Shown here: positions 58,112 through 64,000 of the stretch, piece by piece
How the letters are laid out: each line of letters begins with the position of its first letter
Numbering within the stretch: position 1 is the first letter of the stretch
Source: an uncultured delta proteobacterium
Lineage (GTDB): Bacteria; Myxococcota; Myxococcia; Myxococcales; Myxococcaceae
Reading direction: 5' to 3'
DNA: 64,000 bases
Assembly: GCA_963713045.1 (NCBI GenBank)
Contig: CAVQKE010000003.1
Span: 1,024,001-1,088,000 of the forward strand
Program-made: the position numbers and the translations under genes
The notes under the pieces: model-generated
The model's input: the letters and a program-made list of their open reading frames with translations, nothing else
Told to the model about the DNA's origin: nothing
Databases searched by the model: none

Positions 58112-58630
58112 TCAAAGGGGTGGCGCCTCTTGGACGGGAAGGACGTCGGCCGGGGGGAGCAAGGCAAGCATCTCCCGGACGCTGAGGCCAAGCACTGGGT
58201 GGCGAGCCCCCGGCGCCAGCTCGGCCAGCGGCTCCAGGACAAAGCGGCGTCGGTGCATTTCGGCGTGCGGGATTTGGAAGTCCGGCTCAGCGAGGATGCG
58301 CTCGCCCCACAGCAGCACGTCGAGGTCCACGGTGCGTGGCTGGCCAAGGCCTTTGGCGGTGCGCCCCAGCCGTCGCTCCACCGTTTGTAAAAGCCCAAGC
58401 AGCCGACGCGGCGGAAGCGCAGTTTCTAACTCCGCCACCGCGTTGAGGTAGCGGGGCTGAGGCAAACCCACCGCCAGGGTGTCATACAGGCCGGACTGCC
58501 GCAGCACGGTCACGCCCTTCAGCTCCCGCAGGGCGGCAACTGCCGCGGCGAGGTTGGCCTCGCGATTTCCAAGGTTGGAGCCCAGCCCGACGTACACCAA
58601 CTCCGCGCCCGCTGCCGACGAGGCCCTCAT
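58112..58630 (-). CDS. folK: 2-amino-4-hydroxy-6-hydroxymethyldihydropteridine diphosphokinase
   Basis: YVGLGSNLG, QPRYLNAV, PRTVDLDVL, IPH..M..RRFVLEPL. Confidence 0.96.
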   Translation of the reverse strand: MRASSAAGAELVYVGLGSNLGNREANLAAAVAALRELKGVTVLRQSGLYDTLAVGLPQPRYLNAVAELETALPPRRLLGLLQTVERRLGRTAKGLGQPRTVDLDVLLWGERILAEPDFQIPHAEMHRRRFVLEPLAELAPGARHPVLGLSVREMLALLPPADVLPVQEAPPL

Positions 58631-59433
58631 AGCCCGAGGACGTCCTGCATGCTGTACAGCCCGGGCTCCTGGGCGCAGACCCAGGCCGCGGCCCGGACCG
58701 CCCCGCGGGCGAACTGCTCCCGGCTGCTGGCCCGGTGGGTCACTTCGATGCGTTCCCCGTCGGAGAGAAAGTAGGCGGTGTGCTCGCCCACCACGTCTCC
58801 GCCGCGCAGCGTCTGCACCCCGATTTCGCTCGGGGTTCGTGGCCCGACTTCCCCCGCCCGGGCCAGACGAAAGACGGACGCGTCGCGCCCCGCGGCCCGG
58901 GCCAGCACTTCCGCCAGGCGGAGCGCTGTCCCGCTCGGCGCGTCACGTTTCTGCCGGTGGTGCAGCTCGAGCACCTCCACGTCCCAACCCTCGCCCAGCA
59001 CGCGCACCAAATGCACCGCCACGTCGAACAGAACGTTGATGCCCACCGACATGTTGGGGGAAAGGACCACCGCCGTCGAGCGGGAAGCCCGGTCGAGGCG
59101 CTCCCGCACCGCCCCGGACAGGCCGGTGGTGCCCACCACCAGCGCCGCCCCGCCTTGGGCACAGACGTCGGCCCATTGCGCGGTGGCATCGGGATGAGAG
59201 AAGTCGATGACGACTTCTGGCCGCACCTTGGCGAAGGCCGCCTCCACGTCCTCGAAGAGAGGGACGCCGAGGGGCCCCACGCCGGCCAGCACCCCAGCAT
59301 CCTGCCGACCGAGGCCGCTGCCTGGCCGCACCGTGCCGCCCACCAGGCTGAAGCGGACGTCTTCGCGCACTGCGCGCAACAGGGCCAACCCCATGCGACC
59401 AGAAATTCCCGAGAGAAGGACGCGCCGGGGCAT
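58627..59433 (-). CDS. dapB: 4-hydroxy-tetrahydrodipicolinate reductase
   Basis: G.SGRMG, IDFS, VVGTTG, PNMSVG, ELHHRQKRDAPSGTA, RGGDVVGEH. Confidence 0.97.
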   Translation of the reverse strand: MPRRVLLSGISGRMGLALLRAVREDVRFSLVGGTVRPGSGLGRQDAGVLAGVGPLGVPLFEDVEAAFAKVRPEVVIDFSHPDATAQWADVCAQGGAALVVGTTGLSGAVRERLDRASRSTAVVLSPNMSVGINVLFDVAVHLVRVLGEGWDVEVLELHHRQKRDAPSGTALRLAEVLARAAGRDASVFRLARAGEVGPRTPSEIGVQTLRGGDVVGEHTAYFLSDGERIEVTHRASSREQFARGAVRAAAWVCAQEPGLYSMQDVLGL

Positions 59434-59437
59434 GCCC

Positions 59438-60325
59438 TTAATCCCGGAGCAGCCCGAGCCGACGGAGCTCGGCGGCCAGCGCGCCGGCGTGCGGCTCACC
59501 GAGGGGGACCAGGGGCAGGCGAAGCTCGGGAGAGAAGCGCCACAGCAGGTGCAGCCCCCACTTCACCGGGATGGGGTTGGGCTCCACGAAGAGGAGCCGG
59601 TGCAACGCGTTGAGTTGCACTTGGAGGTCTCGCGCCCGGGGGCGGTCTCCGGCTCGCGCTGCCGCCACCAGGTCCGCCATTTTGCGGGGCGCGACGTTGG
59701 AGGAGACGGAGATGACGCCCTCCCCACCCACCGCGATGAAGGCAGCCACGGTGAAGTCGTCCCCAGACAAAAGCGTCAAGCGGTCTCCGCACTTCTCGCG
59801 GATGTCCACCGCTCGGACCAGGCTGCCGGTGGCCTCCTTCAGCGCCACCACCTCGGGCAAGTCACACAGGCGAAGGCAAGTCTCCGGCAGCAAGTCGCAC
59901 CCGGTGCGTCCGGGCACGTTGTAGGGCACCAGCGGGAAACCCGGGTGGGCGCGGGCGCAGGCGCGGTAGTGCTCGAAGAGTCCAGCCTGGTTGGGCTTGT
60001 TGTAGTAGGGCGTCACCACCAGCGCCGCGTCCGCGCCTGCCTCGCGCACCTGGGCGATGGACTCAATGGTGGCCTGGGTGGAGTTGCTGCCGGCGCCAGC
60101 CACCACTGGGACACGGGCCCGGGCCGTTTCCACCGCGACCCGCACCACCCGCGCCCGTTCGGCGCTGGACAACGTCACAGCCTCCCCGGTGGTGCCCACC
60201 GGCACCAGCCCCGAGGTGCCTTGCTGGAGCTGGTCCGCGATGAGGGTCCGGTACGCCTCCTCGTCAAAGCGCCCCTCGCGGAAGGGAGTGGCGAGCGCGG
60301 TGAGGGAGCCTTGGAGGTTGAACAT
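59438..60325 (-). CDS. dapA: 4-hydroxy-tetrahydrodipicolinate synthase
   Basis: ALATPF, GTTGE, PYYNKP, YNVPGRT, KEATG, SGDD, NPIPVK. Confidence 0.97.
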   Translation of the reverse strand: MFNLQGSLTALATPFREGRFDEEAYRTLIADQLQQGTSGLVPVGTTGEAVTLSSAERARVVRVAVETARARVPVVAGAGSNSTQATIESIAQVREAGADAALVVTPYYNKPNQAGLFEHYRACARAHPGFPLVPYNVPGRTGCDLLPETCLRLCDLPEVVALKEATGSLVRAVDIREKCGDRLTLLSGDDFTVAAFIAVGGEGVISVSSNVAPRKMADLVAAARAGDRPRARDLQVQLNALHRLLFVEPNPIPVKWGLHLLWRFSPELRLPLVPLGEPHAGALAAELRRLGLLRD

Positions 60326-60351
60326 GGCCTCAGTTTCTTCTCGACGGCACC

Positions 60352-61599
60352 CTAGCGTCCCGTCGACTCGCCGCGCCAGAGGTCTCGGACACTCTCCCGT
60401 GTGCGTACCACCTTCCAGCGTTTGCCGTGGACCAGGACCTCAGCTGGGCGCGGGCGGCCGTTGTAGTTGCTGGCCATGCTCATCCCGTAGGCGCCCGCGG
60501 TGCGGATGGCCAACAGCTCGCCGGGAAGCGGCAGCACCAGCCGCCGTCCGGCGGCCAGGGTGTCGCTCGACTCGCACACCGGACCCACCACGTCCACCAA
60601 CGCAGTGCCGCCTGGCCGGCGGCGGACGGCCACCACCTCGTGCTCGGCCCCATACAGGGCGGGGCGAAGCAAGTCGTTCATCCCGGCGTCCACCACCACG
60701 AAGCGCCGGCCGGGCCCGGGCTTGCGGTACAGCACCTGCGTCAACAACACGCCGGCGTTGCCCACCAGCACCCGTCCGGGCTCCACCACCAGCGTGGCCG
60801 CGATGTCTTTTGTGGCCTCGCGCAGTAGCCTGCCCCAGGCCTCGGGCTTGGGCGGACGCTCCTTCCGGTAACGGACGCCGAGACCGCCTCCGACGTCCAA
60901 CAGCCCGAGTGGGTACCCCTCGGCCGAAAGCTGACGGTAGAGCGCCGTGACGCGGCGGACGGCCTCGGCGACGGGCCGCAGCTGGGTGAGTTGGCTCCCA
61001 ATGTGGCAGTCCACCCCCTTGGCCTGCAGGCCCCGCAACTGCCGGCTGCGCTGGTAGAGGGCCCGGGCTTCCGCAAGGGGCACTCCAAATTTCGACGTCT
61101 TGAGGCCGGTGGAAATGCTGCGGTGGGTACGCGCGTCGACGTCCGGGTTAACGCGCACCGCGAACGGTGCGCGCACTCCGGCCGACCGCGCCACCTGGTC
61201 CAGCAGTTCCAACTCCTCAGCGCTCTCGACGTTGAAGAGCAGCACGCCCGCGCCGAGCGCTTGCTCGAGCTCCGCGCGCGTCTTCCCCACGCCGGCGAAG
61301 ACGGTGCGGCGTGCCTCGCCGCCCGCCTGGAGGACGCGGGCCAACTCGCCTCCTGAGACGACGTCGAAGCCGGCCCCCCAGGAGGCGAACCGGGACAACA
61401 GGGCGAGGTTGCTGCTGGCCTTGACCGAATAGCACACCAGCGTGCGTCGCCCAGCGAAGGCCCGGCACACCACCTTCCAGTGTCGGTGCAGCGTGGCCTC
61501 GGAATAGACATAGCTGGGCGTCCCCACCCGGCCGGCAATGTTGGTGAGGGGCACGCCTTCGGCGTGCAGGACACCTCGGCGGTAGTGGAAGTCGTCCAT
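60352..61599 (-). CDS. lysA: Diaminopimelate decarboxylase
   Basis: GTPSYVYS, YSVKA, DVVSGGEL, SKFG, HIGSQ, DVGGG, EPGR, GPVCESSD, GAYG.SMASNYN. ATG at 61599. Confidence 0.97.
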   Translation of the reverse strand: MDDFHYRRGVLHAEGVPLTNIAGRVGTPSYVYSEATLHRHWKVVCRAFAGRRTLVCYSVKASSNLALLSRFASWGAGFDVVSGGELARVLQAGGEARRTVFAGVGKTRAELEQALGAGVLLFNVESAEELELLDQVARSAGVRAPFAVRVNPDVDARTHRSISTGLKTSKFGVPLAEARALYQRSRQLRGLQAKGVDCHIGSQLTQLRPVAEAVRRVTALYRQLSAEGYPLGLLDVGGGLGVRYRKERPPKPEAWGRLLREATKDIAATLVVEPGRVLVGNAGVLLTQVLYRKPGPGRRFVVVDAGMNDLLRPALYGAEHEVVAVRRRPGGTALVDVVGPVCESSDTLAAGRRLVLPLPGELLAIRTAGAYGMSMASNYNGRPRPAEVLVHGKRWKVVRTRESVRDLWRGESTGR

Positions 61600-61663
61600 C
61601 GCGCCCTTGCTACCCCCCTTTTCCCCCGAAGGTCCGCGCCGCGGGGGGGAGCCCTCCGTGGTT

Positions 61664-61837
61664 TCAGTGTCCAGCGTCGAGCGGACCCGCGTCCCGCCCG
61701 CTGGGGGAGGCCGGCGGCGCGTACGTCTCCGGCAGGGGCGGCCGGGGGTTGGCGCGCACGCCACAGCCGGCCAACCACGCCGTCAGGACGAGAAGGGTGC
61801 TCGCCCGCAGCGAGGCCAGCCTAGAAGCGGATTCCAA
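61664..61837 (-). CDS. Small lipoprotein (LppL/LptM/YifL-like) upstream of lysA
   Basis: Below the ORF-track cutoff. 57 aa from TTG 61837: MESASRLASLRASTLLVLTAWLAGCGVRANPRPPLPE...; lipobox LAGC and CG.r.P.PP. This is the usual position before lysA. Confidence 0.72.
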   Translation of the reverse strand: MESASRLASLRASTLLVLTAWLAGCGVRANPRPPLPETYAPPASPSGRDAGPLDAGH

Positions 61838-63779
61838 TCATCGCTCGCAGACTTTGCGCCACGTGAAAGCCTGGCGGGATACTGGTGGTGGTGTTTTGCA
61901 GGCCACCGAAGGGGATGAGGATGCCGTAGTAGAACCAGATGAAGAGGCCGTCCTCGGTGTTGTAGCGGAGGCCCAAGTCGAATTCGAGCCCGAGTGAGTT
62001 AGAGCCCAGCCCGGTTTGCGACGCCGAGGGGGTGGAGCTGGTGTAGATGGCCTGCGAATAAATGGCCTCGCCGTCGAGGGACAGAGAGTCGGTGATGTTC
62101 CACGTCCCCTCGGGCCGCAAATACCAAGCGTCGGTGATGGTGCCGATGATGTAGCGCCAGAGAATCTGGTCGATGTGGTAGTCCTCGTTGAAGGTGTAGT
62201 TCCGGACGTCCGCATCGGTGCAAGTCTTCTGGGGGTTGTTGGGGCACGGATATTGGCGGCCGAACTGTGCGCCGTCGATGTCGCCCGGCTGGGCCGCCTG
62301 ATTGGTGGAGGTGGCGTTGGGAGACAGGCTGGGCCGGGTGACGCGGACGCCGAAGCCGGGGGCCTTGTCGCCGCTGGCGAAGCCGCCCTTGAAGCTGAGC
62401 ACCACGCCCCCGTTGAGGATTTTCAGGGCGGCTTCCCCGGCAACGCCGAATTGGACGACGGTGACGTTGGTGGGCAGGCTTCCCGGCAGAATGGGGGCAC
62501 TGAAGGTTCCGAGTTGGCTGACGGCTTCCAGCTCCAGGCGCAGCGAACGGTTCTCGAATTTGAACCAGATGTCCGGAATGGAGAGGTTGGCGAAGCGGGC
62601 CACCCGGTTGTAGAGGGTGGTGCCCGGCACGTAGGGCGCGTTGGGGTTGGTATTCAACGGCGGTGTGTTGGGCAGTGAGCCGACCTGCTGGTATTCGTAC
62701 TTCTGGGTGCGGTAGGCGAAATCCAGCCCGCAGTTGAAAATCGCACCACCGGAGTTGATTTTCGCCTTGGCCTGCTGCTCGGTATCCAGTTTGGCAATGA
62801 CCATGCGCAGGGTGGTGCTGCCGTCGGTGTTGCTTAAGGGGTAGGACTCGGCGCTGGTCAGCAGCGGCGCGCTGACCAGCCCAGCAACGTCCACCTGAAC
62901 CATCGGGATGACGAAAAAGCCGGGCAACGGCTCGGCGATGAACTGGAAGGCGTCGACGTCCGTTTCTAGGTCACAGTCCAGACAGCTGCCGTCGTTGTAG
63001 TTGATGCCCAAGCCGAAGTTGGTCGACATCCGACCGAATTTGAGAAGCCCGACCGGCGTGGAAACCTCCCCGTAGACTTGCTTCACCGCGACGCTGTTGG
63101 TGACGGCATTGATGCCCGACACCGGTGGGATTTGGCCGGTATTCAAAATCGCCACGTCGATGTTTTGGTACTGCGAATAGGCGTAGGCCGGCGTGCTTCC
63201 CCACACCACGTTGTCCAGCATGTCGATTTGCGCCCTGATGCGCAGCTCCTCCGACACGTTGATGGTGGGTTCGAGCCGGAAGCGCATGTTGACCCCGGTG
63301 ATGGTGTGGCCTCCGGCGTTGACGTTGGTGTTTACGCCGCTGTCCGGCACTGGGAAAAGGTAGTAGCCGTTGAAGGGCGGCTGAGCGAGGTCGAAGTAGT
63401 TGAAGAGCTCGGGCCGCACGCGGAAGTAACCGTGGGCCACGAAGAGCTGCAGCTTGGTCCGGTTGGTGACGCTGGCCTCCTCCCATCCAGGCAGCGTTGC
63501 GGCGTTGGTGGCGCCCTGCGCCCGCATCTCGTCCTGCAGCTCCTTCTTCGCCTGCGCCACCTTGGCGTCAATTTCCGCTTGGATGGCGGCATCCAGCTGC
63601 AACGTCGTCGCCGAGCTCGGCGCGGTCCCCTTCCCTACACTCGGAGCGTCGGTGGTCGCCGGTGCGCTCGGCTTGTTTGCCGGCTCCGTCGTCGCCGGGG
63701 CCGAATTTTGCGCCGGGGTGGAAGTCTGTGCGACGGCGGTGCTGCAGAAGAGGAACGCCGCCAGTGCGGGTGCCTTCAA
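61821..63779 (-). CDS. Outer-membrane beta-barrel protein, TIGR04551-like (myxobacterial)
   Basis: Signal peptide, Pro/Thr linker, HGYFRVRPELF..FDL, NMRFRLEPTINVSEE.RI..QID.LDN, FGLGI..NDG.CLDCD, FN.DY.ID.IL.R, terminal Phe. Confidence 0.82.
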   Translation of the reverse strand: MKAPALAAFLFCSTAVAQTSTPAQNSAPATTEPANKPSAPATTDAPSVGKGTAPSSATTLQLDAAIQAEIDAKVAQAKKELQDEMRAQGATNAATLPGWEEASVTNRTKLQLFVAHGYFRVRPELFNYFDLAQPPFNGYYLFPVPDSGVNTNVNAGGHTITGVNMRFRLEPTINVSEELRIRAQIDMLDNVVWGSTPAYAYSQYQNIDVAILNTGQIPPVSGINAVTNSVAVKQVYGEVSTPVGLLKFGRMSTNFGLGINYNDGSCLDCDLETDVDAFQFIAEPLPGFFVIPMVQVDVAGLVSAPLLTSAESYPLSNTDGSTTLRMVIAKLDTEQQAKAKINSGGAIFNCGLDFAYRTQKYEYQQVGSLPNTPPLNTNPNAPYVPGTTLYNRVARFANLSIPDIWFKFENRSLRLELEAVSQLGTFSAPILPGSLPTNVTVVQFGVAGEAALKILNGGVVLSFKGGFASGDKAPGFGVRVTRPSLSPNATSTNQAAQPGDIDGAQFGRQYPCPNNPQKTCTDADVRNYTFNEDYHIDQILWRYIIGTITDAWYLRPEGTWNITDSLSLDGEAIYSQAIYTSSTPSASQTGLGSNSLGLEFDLGLRYNTEDGLFIWFYYGILIPFGGLQNTTTSIPPGFHVAQSLRAMIGIRF

Positions 63780-63889
63780 ATGGAGTCTCCAAAGCAGCGG
63801 AAAGGGCGCGGCAGTAAACCCACCCCCCCCTGGTGTGTCAACGCCGCACCTTGGTCGTTGGTACGGTTTCCGAGTTACGCTTCGTGGCC

Positions 63890-64000
63890 ATGAACCGCAC
63901 CTTTCGCACTCTCTTGGTGGTGCCCCTGGTCGCCGGCGCCACCGCGCTGGCCGTCGCTTGCAGCAGCAGTAGCAACGGCGGTGGCTCCGCGGGCTTTGGC
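63890..64000 (+). CDS. N-terminus of a lipoprotein (truncated by the window end)
   Basis: MNRTFRTLLVVPLVAGATALAVACSSSSNGGGSAGFG; lipobox AVAC followed by a Ser/Gly linker. Confidence 0.7.
   Translation, partial: MNRTFRTLLVVPLVAGATALAVACSSSSNGGGSAGFG

Noticed and set aside
58099..58398. Extended N-terminus of the TPR protein
   Set aside because: Overlaps folK in another frame. The signal peptide begins at ATG 58098 (or GTG 58101).
1..64000. rRNA, tRNA, CRISPR arrays, transposases, integrases, prophage
   Set aside because: None recognised. Coding density is very high, and the phage-tail-like genes are T6SS components.

Overview
GC-rich bacterial DNA, very likely from a myxobacterium (inferred from the T6SS gene order, a TIGR04551-like beta-barrel, a DUF4388 protein and a myxobacterial-type Hcp). 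Bases 1-30300 hold a complete type VI secretion locus. A divergent DUF2169 / PAAR-like (DUF4150) pair is followed by vgrG1, four small uncharacterised genes, vgrG2, tssJKLM, tagF, tssABC, hcp, tssEFGH, tagH/fha, a Cys-rich lipoprotein and a membrane-anchored lytic transglycosylase. The standout is VgrG1. It has a ~380-aa C-terminal extension with an apparently intact caspase/CHAT-like (clan CD) His-Cys dyad. Directly downstream are three PepSY/propeptide-like proteins and one exported TIMP/OB-like protein, which suggests a protease effector with an inhibitor-type immunity cassette. Bases 30300-64000 are mostly housekeeping: PBP1A, RluA-family synthase, M13 peptidase, MBL hydrolases, transporters, etfAB, a liv-type ABC transporter, kdsD, folK, dapB, dapA and lysA. 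This half also has some odd architectures (thiolase-like plus degenerate cyclase, DUF4388-TM-LIVBP, LPPGHP-repeat TPR protein). Three single-base frameshifts (hcp and two ABC genes) look like assembly errors. I saw no rRNA, tRNA, CRISPR array or mobile element. All family calls come from motif recognition by eye, not from database searches.
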